A stretch of 64,000 nucleotides of DNA from an uncultured Chloroflexia bacterium (GTDB lineage Bacteria; Chloroflexota; Limnocylindria; Limnocylindrales; CSP1-4): NCBI GenBank assembly GCA_963819655.1, contig CAWFXA010000001.1, positions 192,001-256,000 of the forward strand, read 5' to 3'. Shown here piece by piece: positions 9,443 to 19,946 of this stretch. Made by a program: the position numbers and the translations under genes. Every line of letters begins with the position of its first letter. Positions within the stretch are counted from its first letter, which is position 1. Under the pieces are notes generated by a model that was not told the origin of the DNA, made no database searches, and worked only from the letters and a program-made list of their open reading frames with translations.

Positions 9443-10347
9443 TGGCCACCAGCGCACCCACCGCGGTCCCCGCACCGGAGATCAGGTTCGAGCCTGCCCT
9501 CATGCGCCGCAAGCTGACCGGCTCGCTGTTCTACGGCGCATGCCTGTTCGCGATCGGCATCCTGCTCCTCTCGCTCGTCATGCTGCTCTACGACGTGCTC
9601 GTCCGCGGTCTGCCGTGGCTCGATCCCCAGTTCATCACGGGTGTGCCGTCAAGACGTCCAGAGAATGCCGGGATCCTGCCGGCCCTCGTCGGTTCCCTCC
9701 AGATCGGCATCATCGTCGGGGCCATCACGTTCCCGGTCGGCGTCGCAGCGGCCATCTACCTGACGGAATACGCGTCCGATAGCTGGGTCAACCGACTGCT
9801 GCAGACCAACATCAGCAACCTGGCCGGTGTGCCCTCGATCATCTACGGCATCCTGGGCCTCGCCGTCTTCGTCCGCATCTTTTCCCTCGGCCCCACGATC
9901 CTTTCCGCGGGATTGACCCTGACGCTGCTCATCCTGCCTGTCGTGATCATCGCGTCCATCGAGGCGATCAGGGCCGTCCCGGGGGCGCAGCGCGAGGGCG
10001 CCTATGCGCTCGGGGCGACGCGCTGGCAGATGGTCCGCGGCTCGGTCCTCCCCGCCGCGGCGCCGGGGATCATGACCGGCATCATCCTCGCGATGGCACG
10101 CGCCATCGGAGAGGCGGCACCGCTCATCCTGATCGGGGCCTTCGCGTTCGTGACGTTCATCCCGAACCCGATCTCGGGTGGCTACACCGTCCTGCCGATC
10201 CAGATCTTCGACTGGGCACGCCGGCCGCAGGCCGACTTCGCCGCGATCGCCTCCGCGGCGATCATCGTGATCCTGATCCTGATGCTCGTCCTCAATGCCC
10301 TCGCGCTCATCGTTCGCGTGCGGCTGTCGAGGCATATCCAGTGGTAG
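9442..10347 (+). CDS. pstA: Phosphate ABC permease PstA
   Basis: [30 protein letters not shown]. Confidence 0.95.
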   Translation: MATSAPTAVPAPEIRFEPALMRRKLTGSLFYGACLFAIGILLLSLVMLLYDVLVRGLPWLDPQFITGVPSRRPENAGILPALVGSLQIGIIVGAITFPVGVAAAIYLTEYASDSWVNRLLQTNISNLAGVPSIIYGILGLAVFVRIFSLGPTILSAGLTLTLLILPVVIIASIEAIRAVPGAQREGAYALGATRWQMVRGSVLPAAAPGIMTGIILAMARAIGEAAPLILIGAFAFVTFIPNPISGGYTVLPIQIFDWARRPQADFAAIASAAIIVILILMLVLNALALIVRVRLSRHIQW

Positions 10348-11237
10348 AGGAGAACCCCGTGCAAGCCCAGGTCTCGGAGACGCCCGTGCGCGAATCGTCC
10401 ACGGACGGTACCGGGCGCACGATCAGCATCGCAGCGACAGCCCGCGACGCATCGGCCGAACCCCAGGCCGAGCCGGAATACATCGTCGAGCTCCAGGACG
10501 TGTCCTGCTACTACGGTTCGTTCAGGGCCGTGCGCAACGTCGACATCAAGGTCGCCAAGAACGCGATCACGGCGTTGATCGGGCCGTCCGGCTGCGGCAA
10601 GTCGACGCTGCTCCGCACGGTCAATCGCATGAACGACCTGATCCCGTCGTATCGCTCCGAGGGGCGCATCCTGCTCGACCAGCAGGACCTGTTCGGGAAG
10701 AACGTCGACCCGGTCGCGGTCCGCCGTCGGGTCGGGATGGTCTTCCAGAAGCCCAACCCGTTCCCCAAGACCGTCTGGGAGAACGTCGCCTTCGGGCCCA
10801 AGATCAACGGCTACAAGGGCGACCTCAACGAATTGGTCGAGCGCAGCCTCCGCCGCGCGGCCTTGTGGGACGACGTCAAGGACAAGCTCAAGCAGTCGGG
10901 CATGGCTCTATCCGGCGGGCAGCAGCAGCGCCTGTGCATCGCCCGGACGATCGCCGTGGACCCGGAGGTCATCCTGATGGACGAGCCGTGCTCGTCTCTG
11001 GACCCCCGCTCCACCCTGCAGATCGAGGAGCTGATGGTCGAGCTCAAGCGCGAGTACACGATCGTCATCGTGACCCACAACATGCAGCAGGCCGCTCGGG
11101 CGTCGGACACCACGGTATTCATGACGATGGGCGACGATCGGGCCGGCTACGTCGTCGAGCAGGCGCCCACGGTTGAAATCTTCACGAATCCGAAGAACCA
11201 GCTGACCGAAGACTACGTGTCCGGTCGGTTCGGATAG
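10341..11237 (+). CDS. pstB: Phosphate ABC ATPase PstB
   Basis: [42 protein letters not shown]. Start may be 10359. Confidence 0.96.
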   Translation: MVEENPVQAQVSETPVRESSTDGTGRTISIAATARDASAEPQAEPEYIVELQDVSCYYGSFRAVRNVDIKVAKNAITALIGPSGCGKSTLLRTVNRMNDLIPSYRSEGRILLDQQDLFGKNVDPVAVRRRVGMVFQKPNPFPKTVWENVAFGPKINGYKGDLNELVERSLRRAALWDDVKDKLKQSGMALSGGQQQRLCIARTIAVDPEVILMDEPCSSLDPRSTLQIEELMVELKREYTIVIVTHNMQQAARASDTTVFMTMGDDRAGYVVEQAPTVEIFTNPKNQLTEDYVSGRFG

Positions 11238-11248
11238 GGTTGGATGAG

Positions 11249-12004
11249 ATGACTGAACCGCGAAACCGACCTGAGACGCCCACCGTCGACCAGCAGGTCG
11301 AACGACTCTTGCAGGAGGGCCGGCCCGAGGAGCCGACCGACGGGCCGGCGCGACGTGACACGCTCGATGTCCAGGAACAGGAGATCAAGGACGCCGTCCT
11401 GCGCATGGGGGCGCTCGTCGAGGAGGCCATCCGACGCGCCGCGCAGTCGCTGGTCGACCATGACGCCGAGCTCGCGCTGGACGTCATCAAGGGCGACGTT
11501 CGGATCAACGATGCCCAGCGCGAGGTCTCGCGCATGATCAGCGTCGCCATCGCGACGCAACAGCCCGTGGCCCGCGACCTGCGCTACTTGCTCACGCTGG
11601 ATCACGTGACCTACGAGCTCGAACGCATCGGTGACCATGCCGGATCCCTTGCCAAACAGGTCCGCAAGCTCGCCCCCGAGCCGCCCCTTGCCGACTACGT
11701 CAAGCTGCCGGAGATGGCCGAGCGGTCAGCGGTCCTCGTCCACGGTGTCCTGCGCGCGCTGGTCGACGCCGATGCGGTCGCCGCGCGCGAGGTCGCGGTG
11801 CTCGACGACGACATCGACCGGCTGTACCACGCGACCTTCGAGGAGGTCGTGGAGCTGATGCGAGCCGATCCGGCGAACGTGGAGCGCGGGACCCGGATCA
11901 TCATCGCGTCGCACTACATCGAGCGGATCGGTGACCGCTCGACGAACATCGCCGAGGACATCGTCTATCTGGTCACCGGCGACGTCGAGGACCTGAACCC
12001 GTGA
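11249..12004 (+). CDS. phoU: Phosphate signalling protein PhoU
   Basis: [31 protein letters not shown]. Confidence 0.95.
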   Translation: MTEPRNRPETPTVDQQVERLLQEGRPEEPTDGPARRDTLDVQEQEIKDAVLRMGALVEEAIRRAAQSLVDHDAELALDVIKGDVRINDAQREVSRMISVAIATQQPVARDLRYLLTLDHVTYELERIGDHAGSLAKQVRKLAPEPPLADYVKLPEMAERSAVLVHGVLRALVDADAVAAREVAVLDDDIDRLYHATFEEVVELMRADPANVERGTRIIIASHYIERIGDRSTNIAEDIVYLVTGDVEDLNP

Positions 12005-12477
12005 CCGACCCGTCCGGCGACCGGGCGGGCGGGGCGATTCGCGTCCTGTTCGTCTGCACCGGGAATTCGGCGCGGAGCATCATGGCCGAGACCCTCTTGC
12101 GCCATCACGGCGGCGACCGGTTCGAGGTGTACAGCGCCGGCACCCACCCGCGCGGCATCAACCCGCTCACCCTGCGCGTGCTCGACGAGGCCGGCATCGA
12201 CACGACAGGAGTGCGCTCGAAGTCGGTCAACGAGTATCTCGGTCAGGAGTTCGATCACGTCGTCACCGTCTGTGACGAGGCGCGCCAGGTCTGTCCCGTG
12301 TTCCCCGGCGTCCACGAGTCGCTGCACTGGGGCTACGAGGATCCTGCGGAGGCCGTGGGCACCGAGGAGGAGCGCCTGGCCGTGTTCCGGCGGGTGTTCA
12401 TCCAGATCGGCGAGCGTGTCCGCCAGTTCGCGACGGTGACGACCCGCGCGGCCCGGGAGGCAGGGCGGCCCGCCTGA
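12001..12477 (+). CDS. arsC: Arsenate reductase, LMW-PTP/thioredoxin type
   Basis: CTGNSARS P-loop, VTVCDEARQVCP, HWGYEDP. Confidence 0.88.
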   Translation: MTDPSGDRAGGAIRVLFVCTGNSARSIMAETLLRHHGGDRFEVYSAGTHPRGINPLTLRVLDEAGIDTTGVRSKSVNEYLGQEFDHVVTVCDEARQVCPVFPGVHESLHWGYEDPAEAVGTEEERLAVFRRVFIQIGERVRQFATVTTRAAREAGRPA

Positions 12478-12956
12478 TGCTGCTCGACCTGCTGCGTCAC
12501 GCCGACGCGGGTGACCCGATGGCGTGGGAGGGCCCGGACGCCGCACGGCCGATCAGCGACAAGGGCAGGAAGCAGGCCAAGCGGTTGGGCGACCATCTGC
12601 GGTCGATCGGGTTCGAGACCGAGGCGGTGATCACGTCGCCGAGGCTGCGTGCGGCGCAGACTGCCGAGATCGTTGCGGATCGCATCGATATGACGGTGAT
12701 CGAGGACGAGCGCGTCGCCGGTCCCCTCGATCTCGAGACCGTGGAGGAGATCCTGCACGATGCAGGCGACCCCGACCGGGCCGTGCTGGTCGGTCACGAT
12801 CCGGACTTCAGCGAGCTCCTCTCGGTCCTGTGCGCTGCCGCCGGCGTCACGATGCGCAAGGGTGCGCTGGCGCGTATCGAGATCGATCGGCCGCTGCACG
12901 CCGGTGGCGGCACGCTCCGCTGGCTGCTCCCGCCCGACGCCCTGAAGGAACGCTAG
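12477..12956 (+). CDS. sixA: SixA-type phosphohistidine phosphatase
   Basis: LLRHA, TSPRLRAAQTA, LVGHDP. Confidence 0.85.
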   Translation: MLLDLLRHADAGDPMAWEGPDAARPISDKGRKQAKRLGDHLRSIGFETEAVITSPRLRAAQTAEIVADRIDMTVIEDERVAGPLDLETVEEILHDAGDPDRAVLVGHDPDFSELLSVLCAAAGVTMRKGALARIEIDRPLHAGGGTLRWLLPPDALKER

Positions 12957-12963
12957 GCGTCGT

Positions 12964-13332
12964 TCAGGCGGTCGCGGGCGCGATCGGGAGCGGCCGCCGA
13001 CCGCGGCGTGCAACGAGGTCGTCGGCACGGATCAGACCAGTCGGGACCAGGTCGCGGGCGATCCCGCTCAGCCGCTCGGCGGCGTCCGGCGCGAGGCGGT
13101 AGAAGATCCACTGCCCGCGCCGCTCCGAGGTCACCACACCGGCCTCGCGCAGCACCCGCAGGTGGTGGGAGACGGTCGGCTGGCCGACGTCGCAGCAACT
13201 CGTGAAATCGCACGCGCAGGTCTCGGTCTCCGCAGCCAGCTGACGGACGATCGCCAGGCGCGTCGGATCGGCGAGGGCCGCGAGCAGCCGCACGTCGGGA
13301 TCGAGCGGCGTCGTTTTCGTGGTTCGTGCCAT
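12964..13332 (-). CDS. arsR: ArsR/SmtB metalloregulator
   Basis: ALADPTRLAI, TCACDFTSCC, QPTVSHHLRVLREAG. Start at ATG 13332. Confidence 0.92.
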   Translation of the reverse strand: MARTTKTTPLDPDVRLLAALADPTRLAIVRQLAAETETCACDFTSCCDVGQPTVSHHLRVLREAGVVTSERRGQWIFYRLAPDAAERLSGIARDLVPTGLIRADDLVARRGRRPLPIAPATA

Positions 13333-13341
13333 GAGGGCAAT

Positions 13342-13410
13342 ATATCGATGGGTTTCTATATTGACAAGTATCGATACGGCGGCCAGCATATCGACACACC
13401 GTGTCGCTAC
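13342..13410. promoter_or_regulatory. ArsR-type operator inverted repeats in the arsR/arsM divergent promoter
   Basis: ATATCGA-N6-TCTATAT (13342), overlapping ATATTGA-N6-TCGATAC (13358, contains TTGACA), and a third ATATCGA half-site at 13388. AT-rich island in a GC-rich background. Confidence 0.7.
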
Positions 13411-13440
13411 CCCGACGATCCCGCACCCGAGGAGACCGCC

Positions 13441-14304
13441 ATGAACGTCGAGTCGATCACCGACGAGGTCCGCGCCCGGTACGCGGACACGGCCCGAGCG
13501 CTCCTGCGCCGAGAGGCCGTCCCACGGGACGTCGCCGGTTCGTGCTGCGGGCCCACGGGCGAGGCGGCCTGGGGTGACGCCCTGTACGACGCGACCCAAC
13601 GGGCCTCGCTGCCCGAAACGGCCGTCCTGGCGAGCCTCGGCTGCGGCAACCCGACCGCGGTGGCCGAGCTGAGGGAGGGCGAGGTCGTCCTTGACCTCGG
13701 GTCGGGCGGTGGCATCGATGTGCTGCTGTCGGCGACGCGGGTCGGTCCGACCGGCTTCGTGTACGGGCTCGACATGACCGACGAGATGCTCGAGCTCGCG
13801 CGCCACAACGCGGCCGAGGCGGGCGCCACGAACGTCGAGTTCCGCAGGGGCCGGATCGAATCGATCCCGCTCGGTGACGCGTCGGTCGACGTGGTGATCA
13901 GCAACTGTGTCGTGAACCTGTCGGCGGACAAGGCCGCCGTGCTGGCTGAGGTCGCGCGCGTCCTCCGGCCCGGCGGGCGCGTGGGTATCAGCGACGTCGT
14001 CGCGGACGACGCCCTGACTCCCGAGCAGCGCGCAGAGCGTGGCTCGTTCGTCGGGTGTATCGCGGGTGCCCTGTCGTTCGGCGAGTACCGTGCGGGCCTC
14101 GAAGCCGTGGGCCTCGTGGACATCTCGGTCACCCCGACACACAGCGTCGGCGACGGGCTCCATGGCGCGATCGTCAAGGCCACGAAACCGGCGAGCTGGA
14201 CGCTCGCCTCCGTCCGCTCCGTCGAGCTGCCGCGGCCCACCACGATCGGTCTGCCCGTCCTGGCCGATGGCTCCGGCTGTTGTGGTGCGGGCGGCTGCTG
14301 CTGA
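13441..14304 (+). CDS. arsM: Arsenite S-adenosylmethionine methyltransferase
   Basis: SLGCGNP, VLDLGSGGGID, ISNCVVNL, GCIAGA, C-terminal CCGAGGCC; GAGGAG SD. Confidence 0.92.
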   Translation: MNVESITDEVRARYADTARALLRREAVPRDVAGSCCGPTGEAAWGDALYDATQRASLPETAVLASLGCGNPTAVAELREGEVVLDLGSGGGIDVLLSATRVGPTGFVYGLDMTDEMLELARHNAAEAGATNVEFRRGRIESIPLGDASVDVVISNCVVNLSADKAAVLAEVARVLRPGGRVGISDVVADDALTPEQRAERGSFVGCIAGALSFGEYRAGLEAVGLVDISVTPTHSVGDGLHGAIVKATKPASWTLASVRSVELPRPTTIGLPVLADGSGCCGAGGCC

Positions 14305-14311
14305 CCCTGCC

Positions 14312-15517
14312 TTAGTCGCCCGCCGCGGTCGGGAACGGCAGGGCGATCGGATCGGTCGCGAGCCGGCTCCGCCCCTCCGCGTCGAACCGGTCGAGGCCCA
14401 GATCCGCCACGTCGATGAGGTCGCTGCCACCGTGGAGGACGATGTCCGCGGCGACCCGCGCGACGCCCGGGCCCCACATCATCCCGTGACCGGCCGCGGA
14501 TGCGATGGTGACCCCACCGATCCGTGAGCCATCGGGCCGGATCGCCGGGCCGAGGATCGGCAGGTGGTCGGGCGTGTAGTCGATGGTCGCCGCCCAGATC
14601 TTGCGCAGGCCGAGGTCGCGGGTGATCGGCACGTAGTCTGCGAGCCGCGCGCGGTACCGCTCGTACGCCGCCCAGTCGACCTCGCGCGCCTCGCCGGGCT
14701 GCTCGTCCGGGTCGCTCCAGCCGAACAGCAGGCCACCCTCCTCGAGCCGCCAGTAGAGCCCGGCGCCGATGTCGAACACCATCGGCATCCGATCGACCGC
14801 GAACGCCTGGTGCGGCTCCAGGACCGCGACCGTGTGGCGCGCGGCGCCGGCAGGGATCCGCAGCCCGGCAAGCGCACCGACCGCCCGCAGCGACGGCCCA
14901 CCGGTCAGCAGCACGCGATCGGTCTCGATGACGCCGGCGTCGGTCTCGACCCCGACGACACGCGACAAGTCGTCGCTCAGGTGCAGCCCGATGAACGCGG
15001 TCCGCTCGCGCAGCTCGACGCCGGTCCCCTGCATGGCCAGCGAGTACGCGCGGACGTTGCGTGGCGGATCGATGTGGCCGTCGCCGTCGCGGTAGCTCCC
15101 GCCGCGGTGACCGTCGGGTGACAGCGTGCCGACGACCGTCACGGCTTCCCCCGCCGACAGCCACCGGACGTCGGTCAGGCCGGCGGCCCTCTGCATCGCC
15201 ACCCGCTCACGGCCGGCCCGCTCGTCCTCCTCGGTGACAGCCAGGATCAGGTAGCCGAGCTCGCGGAAGCCGGAATCCGTGCCGTAGGCCGCGGTCTGGC
15301 CCCGGTAGAAGTCGATCGACCAGCGTCCGAGGGCGACCGTGGCGGGCGTGCCGCCCTGGGCACGGACGATACCGGCCGCCCGCGACGAGGCGCCCATCCC
15401 CGCCAGTCCGCGCTCGATAACGACGACCCGGCCGATGCCGTCCGCGGCCGCGAACACCGACGCCCAGCCGCCGACCGTGCCTGCGCCGATCACCACGAGA
15501 TCCGCCCGCTCCGTCAT
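14312..15517 (-). CDS. FAD-dependent oxidoreductase (DAO/sarcosine oxidase beta-like)
   Basis: VVIGAGTVG, GASSRAAG, DYTPDHLPILG, GHGMMWGP. Confidence 0.85.
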   Translation of the reverse strand: MTERADLVVIGAGTVGGWASVFAAADGIGRVVVIERGLAGMGASSRAAGIVRAQGGTPATVALGRWSIDFYRGQTAAYGTDSGFRELGYLILAVTEEDERAGRERVAMQRAAGLTDVRWLSAGEAVTVVGTLSPDGHRGGSYRDGDGHIDPPRNVRAYSLAMQGTGVELRERTAFIGLHLSDDLSRVVGVETDAGVIETDRVLLTGGPSLRAVGALAGLRIPAGAARHTVAVLEPHQAFAVDRMPMVFDIGAGLYWRLEEGGLLFGWSDPDEQPGEAREVDWAAYERYRARLADYVPITRDLGLRKIWAATIDYTPDHLPILGPAIRPDGSRIGGVTIASAAGHGMMWGPGVARVAADIVLHGGSDLIDVADLGLDRFDAEGRSRLATDPIALPFPTAAGD

Positions 15518-15538
15518 CGACTTCCTCCCGGTTCTGCC

Positions 15539-16192
15539 TCAGCCGTCGAGCGCGGCGGCCTCGACGCACGCCGCGATCACCCCGAGGCGCTGCAACCGAC
15601 CGTACGTCGTCCGGCGCCGGACCGTCCACGCGGCCACCTCGAGACCCGCGCCGCGGGCCGCCGCGAGGGCACCGTGATCGATCACATGGAAGTCGACCGA
15701 GATCGCCTGGCATCCCAGCTCGACCGCCTGGCGGATCGTCGCGGCCGACAGATCCCACGCATTCAGCCAGCGCGGCCACGCCGGGGCGAGCCCGCCGACG
15801 CGCTCGAGCGTCACCGGCTCGAACGACGACACGACCGCGTTGACCAGCCCCGGGCCACGTCCCGATGCCAGGATCTCCACGACCGTCCGATCGTGCAGCC
15901 CCTTCAGGTCGATGTTCACGGTCGCCCGATGCGGGATCGGGAGAAGGGCGTCGGCCAGGGACGGGACGCCGATCTCCTCGAGATCGCGGGCGCTGACCGC
16001 GTCCACGCGGTCCGGTCGCCCGTGGACGCGCTGCAGTGACTCGTCGTGGTACAGGACCGGGACGCCGTCGGCCGACAGGCGCACGTCGAACTCGACGCCG
16101 TCGCAGCCGGGCACCGCCAGCGCGGCCTGGAGCGCGGCGAGCGTGTTCTCGGGTGCGTGCCGCCAGTCGCCGCGGTGCGCGAGCCGGAGCAT
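15539..16192 (-). CDS. Glycerophosphodiester phosphodiesterase (GDPD)
   Basis: AHRG, PENTLAA, EFDVRLSADGVPVLYHD, AWTV. Confidence 0.9.
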   Translation of the reverse strand: MLRLAHRGDWRHAPENTLAALQAALAVPGCDGVEFDVRLSADGVPVLYHDESLQRVHGRPDRVDAVSARDLEEIGVPSLADALLPIPHRATVNIDLKGLHDRTVVEILASGRGPGLVNAVVSSFEPVTLERVGGLAPAWPRWLNAWDLSAATIRQAVELGCQAISVDFHVIDHGALAAARGAGLEVAAWTVRRRTTYGRLQRLGVIAACVEAAALDG

Positions 16193-16195
16193 CGT

Positions 16196-16957
16196 CTAGC
16201 CGACCTCGAGCCGGGCCGACACCCCGAGGTGATCGCTCGGGTACAGGGTCGGGTCATCCGGGTGGGGCCGGTCGAACGCGAGCCGAGCCTCGGTCGCGCG
16301 GATCGCGCCACGGAGCCAGATGTAGTCGAGGCAATCGGGCTCGCCGTCGGTGTCCATGGCCGGCGCCTGCAGCCCGGACGGCCAGGTCACCACCGGCTCC
16401 TTTCCGTGGACCTCGGCGTATGCCGAGCGGAAGCCCGCCGCGACCATCCGCGCATACGCCGGTTCGGCCGGGTCCGCATTGAAATCGCCCATCGCGATCG
16501 TCGCGTCGGCGTCTGGAGCTTCCGCCAGCCAGTCGAGCAACATCGTGGCCTGCCCGTCACGCTCCGCGGCGTCGGGCACCGCGTGGTGGAGGTGGGTCAC
16601 CGCCACGAGGACGGCCGAGCCGTTCGGCAGGTCGATGAGCGCCCGGTGGGCCGAGCGCTGGGATCCGAGGTCGATCCGGTCGACGTCCCTGGCGACCAGC
16701 GGCTCCCGGACGAGCAGGCTGTTGCCGTATTCCGGCCGACCCGCCCACCCGCGGATCGCGGCGTACTGCCCCTCCCCGGCCGCCCCGATCAGGCGGTCCT
16801 GCTGCATCACGTAGACGACCTCCTGGAGGGCGAGCAGGTCGGGCTGGAGAGCCGCCATGTCGGCCAGGATGAGCGGCAGCCGCTCGGCCCAGCGATCGGC
16901 GAGGTTGAGGATGTTCAGGGTCGCGACGTGCAGTCGATCCATGACAGTCCCGATCAC
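16196..16957 (-). CDS. Endonuclease/exonuclease/phosphatase (EEP) family protein
   Basis: ATLNI, DLLALQEV, THLH, MGDFNA, LDYIW, YPSDH. Confidence 0.9.
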   Translation of the reverse strand: MIGTVMDRLHVATLNILNLADRWAERLPLILADMAALQPDLLALQEVVYVMQQDRLIGAAGEGQYAAIRGWAGRPEYGNSLLVREPLVARDVDRIDLGSQRSAHRALIDLPNGSAVLVAVTHLHHAVPDAAERDGQATMLLDWLAEAPDADATIAMGDFNADPAEPAYARMVAAGFRSAYAEVHGKEPVVTWPSGLQAPAMDTDGEPDCLDYIWLRGAIRATEARLAFDRPHPDDPTLYPSDHLGVSARLEVG

Positions 16958-18165
16958 CCGGCCCGACCCGGATCGCCGCCGTCCTGGATCGGCAGGGCGA
17001 ACGAGAAGGTCGATCCGACGCCTTCCTCCGACTCGACCCAGATGCGCCCGCCGTGCTGCTCGACGACGTGCCGCGCGATCGCCAGACCCAGCCCGGTCCC
17101 GCCGCCGGCCTCCGCGCGCAGGCGCGCTCGATCGACTTTGTAGAAGCGCTCGAACACCCGGTCGCGGGCGCCGCGCGGGACGCCGATGCCGTGATCTTCG
17201 ACCGAGGTGATCACGTCTTCCCCATCGGCGACCGTGCTGATCGTGATCTCGCCGCCGTCCGGGCTGAACTTCACGGCGTTGTGGACCAGGTTGACGACGA
17301 CCTGCCCGAGCCGGGCGGCGTCCCCACGCACCCGCGGCAGGCCGGGTGGGGTGTCGATGCGGAGGATCACGCCCTGGCGCTCAGCGAACAATCGCAAGCG
17401 TTCGGCCGAGTCTGCGGCCAGGCTGGACATGTCCACGCCGTCGGACAGCTGGAGTGTCCCGCCGCCCTCGATCCGGCTGAGGTCCAGGAGCTCGTTGACC
17501 ATCTGGACGAGGTGGCCCGTCTCCACTTCGATCTTGGCGATGCGGTCGCGCATCTTGGCCGGGATCGCGTCGCCGACGGCCTCGGCCTCGCGCTCGAGGG
17601 TCTCGGCCAGCAGGCTGACGGTCGTCAGCGGCGTCCGGAGCTCGTGCGACAGGTTGTCGATGAACTCGGCGCGGATGCGCTGCAGGCGTCGCAGCTCGGA
17701 GACGTCGTCCAGCACGAGCCACACGTCCCCACCCGACAACCGACGGGCGCGGATCGCGAGGACCGGGCCATCGGCACCCGCCGAGCGGATCTCGCCGGAC
17801 GCCGACCCGGACTCGATGGCCTGCCGCGCCAGGCGCTCGACGGTCGGGTCGAGGAAGGCCTCTATGATCGACCGCCCGACGAGGCCCCCCGGTTGGTGTG
17901 CCAGCATCGCGTGAGCCCGGCCGTTGGCGTCCCGGATGTGCAGGCCGGCGTCGACCCGGACGACCCCGGCATCGACGGTCTCGTGCAGGGTCGCGTCGTC
18001 GGCCGATCGATCGCCGACGACCCGTTCACGCTCGGCATCCGCATCCCGCAGGCGATGGATCGTCGCCAGCGCTCGGTCGAGCGCTCGGCGGCGCCGGACC
18101 GCCGTGATCGTGGCGACTGCGCTCACAACGGCCAGTGCCACGATGATCAGGACTCCGAGTTCCAC
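16954..18165 (-). CDS. phoR: PhoR-like sensor histidine kinase (TM-PAS-HisKA-HATPase)
   Basis: EFIDNLSHELRTPLT, NLVHNAVKF, DHGIG, FERFYKVDRAR, GTGLGLAIA. Confidence 0.85.
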   Translation of the reverse strand: MELGVLIIVALAVVSAVATITAVRRRRALDRALATIHRLRDADAERERVVGDRSADDATLHETVDAGVVRVDAGLHIRDANGRAHAMLAHQPGGLVGRSIIEAFLDPTVERLARQAIESGSASGEIRSAGADGPVLAIRARRLSGGDVWLVLDDVSELRRLQRIRAEFIDNLSHELRTPLTTVSLLAETLEREAEAVGDAIPAKMRDRIAKIEVETGHLVQMVNELLDLSRIEGGGTLQLSDGVDMSSLAADSAERLRLFAERQGVILRIDTPPGLPRVRGDAARLGQVVVNLVHNAVKFSPDGGEITISTVADGEDVITSVEDHGIGVPRGARDRVFERFYKVDRARLRAEAGGGTGLGLAIARHVVEQHGGRIWVESEEGVGSTFSFALPIQDGGDPGRAG

Positions 18166-18252
18166 GCGGCGAGCATCGCATACCTGCAGACGCCGACGTG
18201 GGGCTGGTCCGGCACTCGCGGCGGAAGGCCATCGTCGAGCCGCGGAGCGGTG

Positions 18253-19311
18253 TCAGCTGTCTCTGGCGCGGGCTCCCCACGGCGCGCTCCGCTCGATCAG
18301 GCCACCCAGCCACGGGGCCGCGTGGCGCCCGAACGCGGCGGTCGTGAAGGCGTGCCGCAGGACCAGGAGGTGGGCCACCCGGCCAACCGCCCGTCGAGCC
18401 GCCGCGGCCGTGCGCGGGCCGATCGTCCCGTCGCACGCGGCCACCGCCGCGTCGATCGCGTCGGCGGCGTCGGCGGCCGCCAGCTCGCTCGAGACACGCA
18501 GCGTGTCGTCCTCCTCCGGCGAGGTCCCATCGGCCCACGGCGCGTCGCCCAACCGTTCCAGCGTGCCCGACGTGGCGAGTCGCCGAAGCTCATCGGCGTC
18601 GAGCCCGCGGGCCCGCTCCAGCATCGCCGCGACGGCGGTCGTCGCGGGTCCGTAACGGGGCTGCCCGACCGCCGAGTCCCAGCCACGGGTCAGGCGTTCG
18701 CGCGCCCACAACGCGGCAGGGTCGCCCAGGATCTCCTCGAGGACGTCGCCGATGATGACGTCGGCCAGGCGCCCGACGACCGCGTCGCGGATCGGGACCA
18801 TCCGCCGTGCGGCGGCAGGCAAGGCAGCGATGGCCTCACCTTCCGCGGCCTGCAGCGTCCGCTCGAGGTCCGTCTCGACGAACTGGCGCAGCGTGGCGAG
18901 GAAGGCGATCGGTGCCGGTTCGGCCAGCGCCAGCCGATCGAGCTCGTCGGCGGTCAGCCGGCCGACACGTTCGACGACGAACGCGACCCGCTCGGCGGTC
19001 GTCGGTGGGCGTCGGACGGTCCGCCGGGGCGGCGCGGTCGACCAGTCGGGGCCTGCCCGCGGTGGACGCCCGCCGCGGATACCGATGGAGTGCTCGCGGT
19101 CGTAGCGTCCCCGGAGATCGGGATCGCTGAGCCAGTCGTGGGCGACGTTGATGCGCTTGGCCAGCTCCAGGCCGGCCGGTCCCGCGACGTCCGGGTGGTG
19201 CTTGCGCAGCAACGCCCGCCAGGCCAGCTCGATCGCCTCAGGGCTGGCATCGCGTGGCACGCCGAGGCGGGCGTACAGGTCATCGGCGGGGAGGGTCGGT
19301 CGGGCGGGCAT
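18253..19311 (-). CDS. J-domain (class C DnaJ) protein with a helical C-terminal region
   Basis: LYARLGV...KHHPD...INVAHDWLSDPDLRGRYD. Confidence 0.8.
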   Translation of the reverse strand: MPARPTLPADDLYARLGVPRDASPEAIELAWRALLRKHHPDVAGPAGLELAKRINVAHDWLSDPDLRGRYDREHSIGIRGGRPPRAGPDWSTAPPRRTVRRPPTTAERVAFVVERVGRLTADELDRLALAEPAPIAFLATLRQFVETDLERTLQAAEGEAIAALPAAARRMVPIRDAVVGRLADVIIGDVLEEILGDPAALWARERLTRGWDSAVGQPRYGPATTAVAAMLERARGLDADELRRLATSGTLERLGDAPWADGTSPEEDDTLRVSSELAAADAADAIDAAVAACDGTIGPRTAAAARRAVGRVAHLLVLRHAFTTAAFGRHAAPWLGGLIERSAPWGARARDS

Positions 19312-19403
19312 CGGTGGCGACGATCGTACTGGCGCGCCGACCGGCGCTCGCTATCCTGCAGGTGTCCGACGGGCGCCGTGCCCGGCCGAGGAAGGGCAGT
19401 CCG

Positions 19404-19911
19404 ATGAGCTTCATCAAGAGGGCCCAGGAGGCGGCCGCGCAGGCAGCCGCCATGGCGAACAGGACGGCCGCCGACCCGGCCACCGCCGAGGCGGTCTCAC
19501 GCAGCGCACGAGAGGCCGTGGGAATGGCCCGCCGCGGGGTCACGACCGTGATCGAGAGGATCGATCCGGGCACGCTCGCCGAGCTGATCGTGCGGGCCAC
19601 AGCGTTGCAGGAGATGACGAACGCGTCCCTCCGCCAGAAAGGTTCGCCCTATCGGATCGCAGAGATCTCGATCTCGGCGTCTATCCCGCCGGCCGTCAGC
19701 TTCGCTATCGGCCGGCTCGGCGATGAGCCCGAGGAGGCCATCGTCGGCGAGGTGGTGTCCTCCGCGGAGCTGGTCGAGCAGGCAGCCGATGCCGGTGAGC
19801 TGGTGCTGGCGCTCGACGGGACCACGGTCGATGACGCCGCGATTAGCGGCGGCACCGTTGACCGACCTGCCGCCGGACACGATGCCCCCGACCTCGGCCC
19901 CGTCCGGCTAG
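19404..19911 (+). CDS. Hypothetical protein with an apparent +1 frameshift near 19843
   Basis: MSFIKRAQEAAAQ... after an AGGAAGG SD. As given, the frame runs antisense into proS; removing one T in GATTAGC gives DDAAIAAAPLTDLPP...SG* ending at 19911. Confidence 0.6.
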
Positions 19912-19946
19912 CGGCCCCTCGGGCCGCCGTCGTCAGGCTCCCGCGG

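Noticed and set aside
12964-14430. 488-aa ArsR fusion
   Set aside because: The upstream part is antisense to arsM; ArsR starts at 13332.
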